Shown here: positions 1 through 7,899 of the stretch, piece by piece
Position numbering within the stretch: the stretch's first letter is position 1
Layout of the letters: every line of letters starts with the position of its first letter
Source of the DNA: a virus
Virus record (IMG/VR): IMGVR_UViG_3300046168_000070
Location: 96,001-160,000 of that record
DNA: 64,000 nucleotides
Reading direction: 5' to 3' (one strand)
Notes under the pieces: generated by a model
Seen by the model: the letters and a program-made list of their open reading frames with translations, nothing else
Told to the model about the DNA's origin: nothing
Database searches by the model: none
Made by a program: the position numbers and the translations under genes

Positions 1-102
1 TAGCTGATTCCGCAATTATATGGTATTCAACAACTTAAGATAACTGCAAAAAAAAATTATTTTTTGCTTGCAATTAAATCACAATCTGTCATAATTATAT
101 AT

Positions 103-222
103 ATGAAAGCGAGAGATATAAAGATAAGAAAACCAATCCTTTTCACCAAAGCTCGCCCTCACAAACTTAAAAACAAAATCATACATAGAAAGCTGAAGCA
201 TAAAAAAACTTTAATTTACTAA
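103..222 (+). CDS. 39-aa basic peptide, ArfA-like motif (not in ORF track)
   Basis: MKARDIKIRKPILFTKARPHKLKNKIIHRKLKHKKTLIY; own promoter at 68-95. Confidence 0.7.
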   Translation: MKARDIKIRKPILFTKARPHKLKNKIIHRKLKHKKTLIY

Positions 223-267
223 AATTAATTCTTGACAAAACATTAACAATCAACTATTATTATACTT

Positions 268-1116
268 ATGAATAACGAACAAAAAACCAACAATCTCCGC
301 ATCTGTGGCGGTGAGCACAAAGTAGTAGAAATCGACCAAGTCAAGGCAGTTCAAACTCCGCCCATCGAGTTTCGTAAGGAACTCAACAAAAATGGCGAGC
401 GTTCTGTCTCGTACCAACCGATCTCTCATTCTCTCCTTATTGATAAAACTCGCAACCATCTTGATCAAGCGGGCTTTACTATCGAGGCAGAGTGCCATAA
501 CCTCGCTAGGAATAACCAAAGATACTTTGGCTTGTTTCAAGTTTCTCATCCTAAAAGAGAGGCTTCAGAGCGAGGCACTATCGTAGGACTTCGGAATGCC
601 CACGACAAGTGCTTCCCCGCAGGACTTTGTGCAGGTGACGCTCCTTTTGTCTGCGACAATCTTATTTTTACTAACGAGGTCAAACTAGCTCGTAGGCATA
701 CTAAGAATATCCTCAATGAGCTTGACCATGTCATTGCTCGCACTCTTGGCAAGCTTTTCAACTTTTGGGTTGCTCAAGATAGTAGGATTGATGCCTACAA
801 AGAGCATGATCTTAAAAACGCTCAAGTCAACGATCTTGTGATCCGTGCTTGCAAGGCAGGTGCTTTGCCTAAGTCAAAGATCATTGATGTTGTTGACCAA
901 TGGGAAAAGTCCGATCATCCCGAATTTTGGGACAGGAATGTAAACTCATTGTACAACGCTTTCACAGAGGTTTACAAGGGTAACCTTACCGCATTACCTC
1001 AACGCTCCGAAGCATTGCATTCCGTGCTTGACTCCGAAGTGGGCTTTGATTCATCAAGCTTTAAGCAGGATGAGATAATCGAAGCCGAGGTAGTCGGTGC
1101 AGGTGACCCCTTCTAA
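268..1116 (+). CDS. DUF932-family protein
   Basis: YQPISH, RYFGL, GLRNAHDK, FVCDNLIF motifs typical of DUF932. Confidence 0.8.
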   Translation: MNNEQKTNNLRICGGEHKVVEIDQVKAVQTPPIEFRKELNKNGERSVSYQPISHSLLIDKTRNHLDQAGFTIEAECHNLARNNQRYFGLFQVSHPKREASERGTIVGLRNAHDKCFPAGLCAGDAPFVCDNLIFTNEVKLARRHTKNILNELDHVIARTLGKLFNFWVAQDSRIDAYKEHDLKNAQVNDLVIRACKAGALPKSKIIDVVDQWEKSDHPEFWDRNVNSLYNAFTEVYKGNLTALPQRSEALHSVLDSEVGFDSSSFKQDEIIEAEVVGAGDPF

Positions 1117-1143
1117 GGTTGCTGGTCATATCGTGTCGTTCAG

Positions 1144-1170
1144 CCCCCTTCCAATCGGAAGGGGGTTTTT
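1144..1170 (+). terminator. Intrinsic terminator
   Basis: CCCCCTTCC-AATC-GGAAGGGGG followed by TTTTT. Confidence 0.9.
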
Positions 1171-1316
1171 CTTTTGCAAGTGACTGAGTATTAGTTAATT
1201 GCGAAAATCGCCTAAGAAAAATTTTAATTATATGATATTCAACGACTTATGACAAAGTGAAAAAAAATGAAAAAAAGGGGTTGACAGATGCCCCCAACTT
1301 CTCTAGTATTGTATAC

Positions 1317-2060
1317 ATGATTAAAACGACACTACTCACTTCAGGTAACCAAAAAATCGTTAAAGGCGAAAAACTTGGTTACATCACAAAAGGAATTCAC
1401 TTAGCTCCAGCCAATCTTGCGGGTTACGAAGTTTGCCAATGGCGTTCCAAAGGTTGCACAATGGCTTGTTTAAACACAGCAGGTCGTGGTCAAATGAATT
1501 CCGTTCAAGCTTCACGCATTGCCAAGACAAAGTTATTCTTTGAGCAACAATTGGACTTCCTTGCAAAGCTTTCTAAAGAGGTTGCTTCAACTATCAAAAG
1601 TTCACTCAAGAAAGAAATGCAAGCGGTGTTTCGCTTAAACCTTACAAGCGACATTTCATGGGAGTCTGTTTTCTTCAGCGAATCAGAGCCAAAGACGATC
1701 TTTGACAAGTTTCCTGAAACTCAATTCTACGACTATACAAAGTCATTCAAGAGGATGTGTGCTTTTCTTAACAAGCCATTCACTAAAGATGCACAAAAAT
1801 TTCCATCCAATTATCACTTGACTTTTTCTCGATCAGAGCATAATGACAAGAAGTGCGAAATGGTTCTTGCTATGGGCGGGAATGTTGCCGTTGTGTTTCG
1901 CAACCAACTTCCTAAGACTTGGAAGGGTTACGAAGTTGTCAATGGTGATGATACCGACTTGCGTTTCTTAGACAAGAAAGGGGTAGTCGTTGGGCTTATC
2001 GAAAAAGGTATGGCAAAGAAAGATGAGACGGGCTTCGTACAGGAAGGAGTAAACTCATGA
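1317..2060 (+). CDS. Phage gp88-family protein (Cys-motif, putative Fe-S); start revised from 1257
   Basis: CQWRSKGCTMACLNTAGRG, RLNLTSDI, QFYDYTK, YHLTFSRSE, GDDTDLRFLD; ATG 7 nt after promoter -10. Confidence 0.8.
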   Translation: MIKTTLLTSGNQKIVKGEKLGYITKGIHLAPANLAGYEVCQWRSKGCTMACLNTAGRGQMNSVQASRIAKTKLFFEQQLDFLAKLSKEVASTIKSSLKKEMQAVFRLNLTSDISWESVFFSESEPKTIFDKFPETQFYDYTKSFKRMCAFLNKPFTKDAQKFPSNYHLTFSRSEHNDKKCEMVLAMGGNVAVVFRNQLPKTWKGYEVVNGDDTDLRFLDKKGVVVGLIEKGMAKKDETGFVQEGVNS

Positions 2061-2223
2061 GCGATACTTATTACGACTCAGCCGAATCCGTCATGATATC
2101 ACAAGAGCGGGCATTTCAGGAGCTCAAAACCACGGTTGCCAAGAATTCGAAGAGTTCCTGGTAGACATGGGCGACAAGGAAGAATACTCGGCTCAGGCAG
2201 TGCTTGAATGGTTAGGATATTAA
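2057..2223 (+). pseudogene. Small phage gene interrupted by a 1-nt deletion (or sequencing indel)
   Basis: MSDTYYDSAESVMISQERAFQELK continues after one added A in the AAAA run (2126-2129) as NHGCQEFEEFLVDMGDKEEYSAQAVLEWLGY*. Confidence 0.6.
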
Positions 2224-2260
2224 ACACTTTAAAACAATTAAAAATTTTATACAATCATAT

Positions 2261-2425
2261 GTGGACTACGAAGAATATATTTTTTGCCTTTACCTTTTTA
2301 ATGAATGCGCGCAGGACCTGGACGGGTTCCTGGAAGCTTTCGACGTTATCGACTTGGCCTTTCCAGACACATGTAGAGTTTTAGCGGACCAAGGATTCTT
2401 TCATAAAGACTTGTGTATTAATTAA
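2261..2425 (+). CDS. Hypothetical 54-aa acidic protein (GTG start)
   Basis: Open frame VDYEEYIFCLYLFNECAQDLDGFLEAFDVIDLAFPDTCRVLADQGFFHKDLCIN fills the gap. Confidence 0.4.
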   Translation: MDYEEYIFCLYLFNECAQDLDGFLEAFDVIDLAFPDTCRVLADQGFFHKDLCIN

Positions 2426-2594
2426 TTACAACAAAACCCTATCCATTAATGTAAGTCATTGACCCAGGGGTATTTATGAAATCGAAACTATATAGACAAA
2501 AATTAAAATCGAATTTGCCAAAAAAAAAGGTTGACTTTACTTAAAAAAATGTCATACTTATAGGTATAGATTAACTTAACAAAGGAATATTATT

Positions 2595-3002
2595 ATGGGA
2601 TTAGATCAATCAGCATATGCAACTAAAGGCGAGCAACACGAAGATATAGCTACATGGAGAAAGCATAACAGACTTCAAGGTTGGATGGAAGATTTATGGG
2701 AGGATAAAGGTAGACCAAACTTTGATTCATCAGAAGCTAACCCTATGGGCGACTTTAACTGCATACCTTTAGAGCTAACACTAGAAGACATTGATTCACT
2801 AGAGTATGCAATCAACAACTTTGAGCTACCTGAAACAGGCGGATTCTTTTTTGGGAATGATTCTTATTTTTGGACAGATGAAGAGGGGAATCCTTATCCC
2901 GACAATCATTACTACTACAAAGATAATGATCTTTATTTTATCAGAAAGGCTCGCGACCTACTCGATAAAGGTTGGAAAGTATTCTTCGACTCTTGGTGGT
3001 AA
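2595..3002 (+). CDS. Conserved phage hypothetical protein
   Basis: MGLDQ..Y, WRKHNRLQGWM, LPETGGFFFG pattern; AAAGGA SD; own promoter. Confidence 0.8.
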   Translation: MGLDQSAYATKGEQHEDIATWRKHNRLQGWMEDLWEDKGRPNFDSSEANPMGDFNCIPLELTLEDIDSLEYAINNFELPETGGFFFGNDSYFWTDEEGNPYPDNHYYYKDNDLYFIRKARDLLDKGWKVFFDSWW

Positions 3003-3045
3003 AAAACCCTTGACATAACTACTTTAATTTTATAGAATTTATATT

Positions 3046-3420
3046 ATGACTAAAACACTAAAAACATTCGATGACCTAAAATTCGGTCCTCATCCTCACG
3101 CAAAAGACTTGGGAGTTGTAGCAAGCCTGACTCTTGACAATGGCTACGCTTTTAGCGTTGTCGCCAATGCTGAGGGCGGTAATCTGTTTTACGGCAATCA
3201 TCCAGATAACTATGAGGTTGCAGTATTTAATCCTCGCGGAGACTTTGTCCCCCTCTCTGTTTCGGACGATGTCCTCGGTTGGCAACCTCCACTTCAAGTC
3301 TCTAAATTGATGCAACAATTTCAACTTGACGGACTCGCTGAAGAAAAATTACTTATTAATTTGAGGGCAGACTTTAACGAAAAAGTACTAGCGGAGCAGG
3401 AAGAAAGATTTAACGCTTGA
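3046..3420 (+). CDS. Hypothetical early protein
   Basis: ORF track; TTGACA-17-TAGAAT promoter 7 nt before ATG. Confidence 0.75.
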   Translation: MTKTLKTFDDLKFGPHPHAKDLGVVASLTLDNGYAFSVVANAEGGNLFYGNHPDNYEVAVFNPRGDFVPLSVSDDVLGWQPPLQVSKLMQQFQLDGLAEEKLLINLRADFNEKVLAEQEERFNA

Positions 3421-3474
3421 CTTTTAATCAATCTTATACTATACTTATATCATAACAATCAGATAAACTAAACT

Positions 3475-3711
3475 ATGACAAAAAAACAAAAACAAGCACT
3501 AAGTAAGGTTAAAACCTATACTCCTCACAATGTCAACAATCGTGATGAAAAGATTTGGTTCACATATGTCAACAAGAACAGAGTACCCGTCTCTGCTTAC
3601 TACGACACTGCTAACGGATCATTCGTGTCAGTTGTCAAGGGTTCTCAATACAATGGTGTTGCATTCCGTAAGGGCGTCGCCAAGAGAGTAATCTCAAAAA
3701 TTCTTGGATGA
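3475..3711 (+). CDS. Hypothetical basic early protein
   Basis: ORF track; promoter at 3417-3445. Confidence 0.7.
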   Translation: MTKKQKQALSKVKTYTPHNVNNRDEKIWFTYVNKNRVPVSAYYDTANGSFVSVVKGSQYNGVAFRKGVAKRVISKILG

Positions 3712-3788
3712 TGGAACTATTATTTTTCACTCCGTGGATATTTGTATTCTATATAATGTTCTCGGATTTGTTAAGTGAGGATTCATAG
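3708..3788 (+). CDS. 26-aa hydrophobic (single TM-like) peptide
   Basis: ATGA overlap with upstream stop; MMELLFFTPWIFVFYIMFSDLLSEDS; followed by terminator. Confidence 0.5.
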   Translation: MMELLFFTPWIFVFYIMFSDLLSEDS

Positions 3789-3806
3789 TCTTAGGTCAAC
3801 TACAAG

Positions 3807-3837
3807 CCCGCTAGCCTAAAAACTAGCGGGTTTTTTT
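3807..3837 (+). terminator. Intrinsic terminator
   Basis: CCCGCTAG-cctaaaaa-CTAGCGGG followed by T7. Confidence 0.85.
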
Positions 3838-3987
3838 GTAAATAGGAGCAAATTTTTTTCCAAATAGCCCAAATCGTTCGGATACAGCTATTGCCCGCCG
3901 AGAAAGAGAAATTAACCAATCAAACTAAAAAGTTATAAAATTCTTTTTTTGCCTATCCAGTTTCGCAATTATATGATAATCAACGAT

Positions 3988-4152
3988 TTACGACTTGGTT
4001 TTAGTCGCGATAATCGGGGATTTAGTTTGCTCGCTGAGTTTGCGGGCTATACGCATGGCGTTAGCGTGGCTTGTGGCGTTGTCTACTAGCTTGCCAAAAA
4101 GTCTGATGTCAAACCAATTAGTAAAGTTTGGGTTTTTGTCTACATTTATCAT
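3988..4152 (-). CDS. 54-aa early protein (not in ORF track), paralogue of 7172-7348
   Basis: MINVDKNPNFTNWFDIRLFGKLVDNATSHANAMRIARKLSEQTKSPIIATKTKS. Confidence 0.7.
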   Translation of the reverse strand: MINVDKNPNFTNWFDIRLFGKLVDNATSHANAMRIARKLSEQTKSPIIATKTKS

Positions 4153-4156
4153 AGTA

Positions 4157-4342
4157 TTATGCAAAGAAAGGGTGAAGCTTCACATCCTCGAAACGGATGC
4201 CGACCTTGCGGTCAGTGCGGTATGGACGAACCATGGCGATAGTTCCAAGCTCTTCATGCTCGGTGGCTTGGATGAATTGAAAGACTTTATTATCTCGAGA
4301 GATGAGCACATCGCCTTTTTTGAATTTGTTTTTATTTGACAT
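4157..4342 (-). CDS. Hypothetical small protein
   Basis: ORF track; tight operon spacing. Confidence 0.65.
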   Translation of the reverse strand: MSNKNKFKKGDVLISRDNKVFQFIQATEHEELGTIAMVRPYRTDRKVGIRFEDVKLHPFFA

Positions 4343-4348
4343 ATTATT

Positions 4349-4531
4349 TTAGTGTTGAGTTACTACATTGAAACGAGGAGAGTTGAGATCCTCTTCTCTT
4401 TCGATTGTTCTAAGGTGTGAAAGACTTGACGCAGTCCGAACCCGTGGGTAATCGGTTCCTGTGTCGAAGATCTTAACAGACCAATGCGTTGACCATTTTT
4501 TAATTCTAACTTGTATTTTATCGTTTAACAT
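4349..4531 (-). CDS. Hypothetical small protein (start revised to 4531)
   Basis: ATG 6 nt after promoter -10. Confidence 0.65.
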   Translation of the reverse strand: MLNDKIQVRIKKWSTHWSVKIFDTGTDYPRVRTASSLSHLRTIEREEDLNSPRFNVVTQH

Positions 4532-4578
4532 ATTATTACTATCGCACATTTGAGTTGAAATTGCAAGAAAAAAATGAA

Positions 4579-4791
4579 TTATTTTTGTATTTCTTTTATC
4601 ATAGACCGAAGCTCTGCGACTTTTTCGAGAAGACCTTCAGTAGTCATTTCTTCCGTCAAGGTTCTTGGTGAATCTTTTTTTTCGGTGTTCATGTAGTGAA
4701 GAAATTCAATTGATCCTTGAATCTTTGCAAGGTGAATTCCAAGATCAAGCTGCTTTACTATTTTTTCTTTCATATCTTTTGTATTAATCAT
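4579..4791 (-). CDS. Hypothetical protein, paralogue of 6394-6633 (start revised to 4791)
   Basis: KQLDLGIHLAKIQGSIEFL vs TELDLGLALSKAEGNLNFL. Confidence 0.7.
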   Translation of the reverse strand: MINTKDMKEKIVKQLDLGIHLAKIQGSIEFLHYMNTEKKDSPRTLTEEMTTEGLLEKVAELRSMIKEIQK

Positions 4792-4840
4792 ATACCTATA
4801 AGGTAGCATGCAAACAAAGAAATTGCAAGCAAAAAGTGAA

Positions 4841-5113
4841 TTATTTTTCCCAAATTTGTTGAATGTAGTATTGAGCATTATCTCCATCTTTGCGTTGAAT
4901 GCTTGTTTGAAATTGCAACTTAGGCTGAAGTGTGCGAATCATGCGAGCAACTTTGCGTCTTACTTCGTGCTTGTCTTCAGCTTTTATAGTGATTGTATGA
5001 TGTGTTTTGTCAATGTCGATATATGACTTAGTATTACTATTCCATAAGGAAATTGCTTCACCATCAAGGGAAGAGACATGAACACTTGCTACGAATGTTT
5101 TATTCTTTATCAT
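4841..5113 (-). CDS. Hypothetical early protein
   Basis: ORF track; extended -10 promoter 6 nt upstream. Confidence 0.7.
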   Translation of the reverse strand: MIKNKTFVASVHVSSLDGEAISLWNSNTKSYIDIDKTHHTITIKAEDKHEVRRKVARMIRTLQPKLQFQTSIQRKDGDNAQYYIQQIWEK

Positions 5114-5233
5114 ATATATAATCTAACACATTAAGCCGAAAACGCAAGCAAAAAGTGAAAAAAGATTCAATTATTTTATTATACAATTCTACTTTTGCCT
5201 AGCCAGATTTGCAATTATCTGACTTTCAACGAC

Positions 5234-5542
5234 TTAGAACACAAGAGGATCGGGCAATGAATTAGGAGTTGCGAACCAATCGTTTTCGTCAATTACTTCG
5301 CCGTTTAGTACAGGCTCGAATTTGAACTGCGAAACATTAGCATTGGCTATGCCGTTGACGCGTTCGCGTGTGGTCGGAGTATTCCAGCCCGCAAGTGACC
5401 AACGCACAAGCCCGTCGGCGTCACGCTTTACAATTGCGTTACCATGCAACCAAACGGTTTGCCCGTCTGTCTCGGTGTTTCCGACTTTTAAGGATGTGCC
5501 AGCATTGAAGGCGTTTCTGATTTGTTCTGTAACTTTTCTCAT
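5234..5542 (-). CDS. Conserved phage hypothetical protein
   Basis: VGNT, WLHGNAI, SLAGWNTPTTRERVNG pattern; own promoter. Confidence 0.75.
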   Translation of the reverse strand: MRKVTEQIRNAFNAGTSLKVGNTETDGQTVWLHGNAIVKRDADGLVRWSLAGWNTPTTRERVNGIANANVSQFKFEPVLNGEVIDENDWFATPNSLPDPLVF

Positions 5543-5569
5543 ATCTTTATTATTAAGGATTTTGTGTGA

Positions 5570-5779
5570 TTATGCAAGCGGAAAAAAGGAAAAAAAGAGT
5601 TTTTGTGCAAGTAGATTTTGCGCCCGCTCTTCAGCTTCTTTTTCTTGTTGCTCTAGTTCTTCAATCTCTAGTTCTGCCTGAAGCACTGCTATTTGAGATT
5701 GAATATGCCCAGCGTCTGCATCAAACGCATGATCTTTTATGAATTGCTCTAATTTACTGATTTCTTTTTTTATGTTCAT
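5570..5779 (-). CDS. Small coiled-coil protein
   Basis: Heptad-like Glu/Gln-rich sequence; own promoter. Confidence 0.65.
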   Translation of the reverse strand: MNIKKEISKLEQFIKDHAFDADAGHIQSQIAVLQAELEIEELEQQEKEAEERAQNLLAQKLFFSFFPLA

Positions 5780-5832
5780 GATATAACTATATAAAATTTT
5801 TTATTTAATTGCAAGCTAAAAGTGAAATTATT

Positions 5833-6018
5833 TTACTCCCATTCAGAATGAAAGCCCCAGTCAATGTCGGGCTGCTCGTCGAACTCTCGCAAGGCAAGCT
5901 CGTCTTGTAGTTGCCCAAGTTCGTTGCGTATTGCAACGCGTTGAGAGTCGCTAAGTATGCACTCAGCGAGGGCGGTTTGTAGTGTGAGTATTTCCCTTTG
6001 TATTTCTTTTGTAGTCAT
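5833..6018 (-). CDS. Small coiled-coil protein
   Basis: MTTKEIQREI..; own promoter. Confidence 0.7.
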   Translation of the reverse strand: MTTKEIQREILTLQTALAECILSDSQRVAIRNELGQLQDELALREFDEQPDIDWGFHSEWE

Positions 6019-6118
6019 ACCTATAACCTAACAAGTAAACCTTGAAAAGTCAAGAAAAACTTTCAACTATTTTATTGTACAATTCTATCGCGCCCCACCC
6101 AGTCTCGCAATTATCTGA

Positions 6119-6394
6119 CTAACAGTGACTTAGGTAATCGTCTATGTCGTCAAAGTTTGCATATGAAAAAGGTGTGCTTCGCTGCCTTGTGCCACTATCG
6201 TAGGCGGATTGTGCATCTTCTAGTATTCCGAGCTTCTTGAGATAGGATATTGCACCTTTGTCGTAGAATGGTACACCATGATACCCTAGTGTCCAGGCGT
6301 AGTCAATTGCCTTTTCAGGGTCATCATCTAAGTAGGCATTCTTAGCGATCTTGCCTGATTCTCTCATTTTAGATTCTAATCTTGTATAACTCAT
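6119..6394 (-). CDS. Hypothetical protein
   Basis: ORF track; start overlaps upstream stop. Confidence 0.65.
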   Translation of the reverse strand: MSYTRLESKMRESGKIAKNAYLDDDPEKAIDYAWTLGYHGVPFYDKGAISYLKKLGILEDAQSAYDSGTRQRSTPFSYANFDDIDDYLSHC

Positions 6395-6633
6395 TACTTA
6401 GCCTTTCTTGCTTTGTAGATTACCGCTTGGTATGCCTTGCGAGCTTCTTGCACTGCATGGAGAGCGTCGAGGATTGCCATGCCTTGAGTGATGGTCAAGG
6501 TTTGGTCGCCTTCGGTGTTGGTTGACTCGGCAAGGAAGTTGAGGTTGCCTTCAGCTTTAGACAGGGCAAGCCCTAGGTCAAGCTCCGTTCTTACTTCTTT
6601 CCTTATTTCTTCTTTAGTTTGTGTCATTGTCAT
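6394..6633 (-). CDS. Hypothetical protein, paralogue of 4579-4791
   Basis: Shared LDLG..L.K..G...FL motif; own promoter. Confidence 0.7.
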   Translation of the reverse strand: MTMTQTKEEIRKEVRTELDLGLALSKAEGNLNFLAESTNTEGDQTLTITQGMAILDALHAVQEARKAYQAVIYKARKAK

Positions 6634-6666
6634 ATGTGTATATACTAGGTTAGTTGATGTTAAAAG

Positions 6667-6861
6667 TCAAGCGTTTCTTTCGACTGATTTCCATCCGAAA
6701 GCTTTTACTTTGTCTTGATGGCGGGCTTGTGGCAACATTGCCTCGAGTTCAGCAATGCGGGCGAACTTCCAATCTATCTCGCTTTGATCCATTTTACCTT
6801 TCCACATTTGCATTTGTAGTTTGTCTAATCTTATTTCTCTTTGTATTTGTTCTTCTGTCAT
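6667..6861 (-). CDS. Small coiled-coil protein
   Basis: MTEEQIQREI.. resembles 5833-6018; own promoter. Confidence 0.7.
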   Translation of the reverse strand: MTEEQIQREIRLDKLQMQMWKGKMDQSEIDWKFARIAELEAMLPQARHQDKVKAFGWKSVERNA

Positions 6862-6904
6862 ATCTATAACCTATCAATCCTTTCTTGTTTTGTCAAACTT
6901 TATT

Positions 6905-6982
6905 TTACTTTTTTTTAGCTATTACAAATGCTAGTAAAATCTTTTCTCTTTCAGTTAGTTGTGTTGTATCAATCTTTATCAT
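6905..6982 (-). CDS. 25-aa micro-ORF with its own promoter (not in ORF track)
   Basis: TTGACT-17-TATGTT-6 nt-ATG; MIKIDTTQLTEREKILLAFVIAKKK. Confidence 0.55.
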   Translation of the reverse strand: MIKIDTTQLTEREKILLAFVIAKKK

Positions 6983-7171
6983 ATAAACAACATAGCAACA
7001 AAATGACTAAAAGTCAAGAAAAACTTTAAACTATTTTATTGCACAATTCTACTTTTGCTAGGGCAATTGCACAATTATATGACTATAAGCAACTTACAAC
7101 AACATGAAAAAAACTTTAATTTTTTTTTAAAAACACTTGACTTTTACAGAAAATTTTCTTATATTTAGAGC

Positions 7172-7348
7172 ATGATTAAGATTGAGAAAAACGAAAACAT
7201 TTCACGCTTTTGGAACATCTTCGCCTTCGGCAAGTTCGTCAAGGAGATCGAAGGACGAACCAAAGCATTCAACTATGCCAAGACTCTTGCACAAGAGAAT
7301 GACCAAAAGTTTTTGGTTGATCACAAAAAAAGAATCATTGAGGCTTGA
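7172..7348 (+). CDS. 58-aa early protein (replaces track ORF 7182-7370), paralogue of 3988-4152
   Basis: MIKIEKNENISRFWNIFAFGKFVKEIEGRTKAFNYAKTLAQENDQKFLVDHKKRIIEA; ATG 6 nt after TATATT. Confidence 0.75.
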   Translation: MIKIEKNENISRFWNIFAFGKFVKEIEGRTKAFNYAKTLAQENDQKFLVDHKKRIIEA

Positions 7349-7381
7349 CATTACAACCCAACTATACTAGATTATATAACT

Positions 7382-7669
7382 ATGGATAACATCGAAAGAA
7401 TTCGTTTAGCAGTAGAAAACGCCAAGCAAGGTTACCGCCTCGCTCCTAGATTTGCATCATTGCAAGAAGAACTACAAGAAGAGATTCAAGCGGAAGAGCT
7501 TGTAGTCAATCATGGTTTGCTTCAAGCAAGTGATAATGACATCAAGGAAGAACACGCTTCTCTTGAGTCAGTCGAGCATGACAAGGATGATGTCGATTAT
7601 GACATGGATGAGAACGAGGTTGACATGGCTTCTCTCAGTCCTGCAATGCGTGAGATCTTCGGAGAATGA
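7382..7669 (+). CDS. Acidic hypothetical protein
   Basis: ORF track; TTGACA-17-TAGATT promoter. Confidence 0.75.
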   Translation: MDNIERIRLAVENAKQGYRLAPRFASLQEELQEEIQAEELVVNHGLLQASDNDIKEEHASLESVEHDKDDVDYDMDENEVDMASLSPAMREIFGE

Positions 7670-7899
7670 AGCAGTTACCTAAACGCAACAAAGCCGAAAC
7701 ATCATTCCGTTGGGTTATGTTCGGGCAAGCAGGGCAAGTCCTGTTTGCCTTGATCGACCCTAAGAATTGGATGCTTAAACCAAACTCGTACTTCGTTAGC
7801 GAGTCATTCATTCAAGCTAACTTGACAAGACTCAAGAACATATCGAGACAAGTCGAAGGCAAGACAAAGGTTCTCTTGTTGGAGGAGGGTGTGGCATAG
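7666..7899 (+). CDS. Hypothetical protein
   Basis: ATGA overlap with upstream gene. Confidence 0.6.
   Translation: MKQLPKRNKAETSFRWVMFGQAGQVLFALIDPKNWMLKPNSYFVSESFIQANLTRLKNISRQVEGKTKVLLLEEGVA

Larger units (their letters stand above)
12..7096 (+). repeat. Dispersed 26-bp repeat, consensus GCAATTATMTGAYWWTCAACGACTTA
   Basis: Copies at 12-37, 1224-1249, 3965-3990, 5211-5236, 6107-6132, 7071-7096; inverted copy 1177-1202; partial inverted copy ~2452-2462. Confidence 0.85.
68..7373. promoter_or_regulatory. Set of 17 host sigma70-type early promoters (TTGACA/TTGACT/TTGCAA-like, 16-17 nt spacer, TAnnnT-like -10)
   Basis: Plus strand -35..-10: 68-95, 232-260, 1281-1309, 2531-2558, 3010-3038, 3417-3445, 7137-7165, 7345-7373. 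Minus strand: 4538-4566, 4800-4828, 5120-5147, 5549-5577, 5786-5814, 6025-6053, 6642-6670, 6868-6896, 6989-7017. In 15 of 17 an ATG lies 6-8 nt after the -10. Confidence 0.85.

Noticed and set aside
3995-4339. Plus-strand 114-aa track ORF (likewise 250-549, 5322-5681, 7804-8013 and similar overlaps)
   Set aside because: Antisense to better-supported genes with their own promoters, or lying over non-coding boundary sequence.
12-7096. 26-bp repeats as a CRISPR array or integron attC sites
   Set aside because: Spacing is ~1 kb rather than 30-40 bp. No cas or integrase gene, and no attC-like palindrome with R boxes.
7182-7370. Track ORF MRKTKTFHAF..
   Set aside because: Wrong frame. The 7172-7348 frame has the promoter-proximal ATG and a paralogue at 3988.
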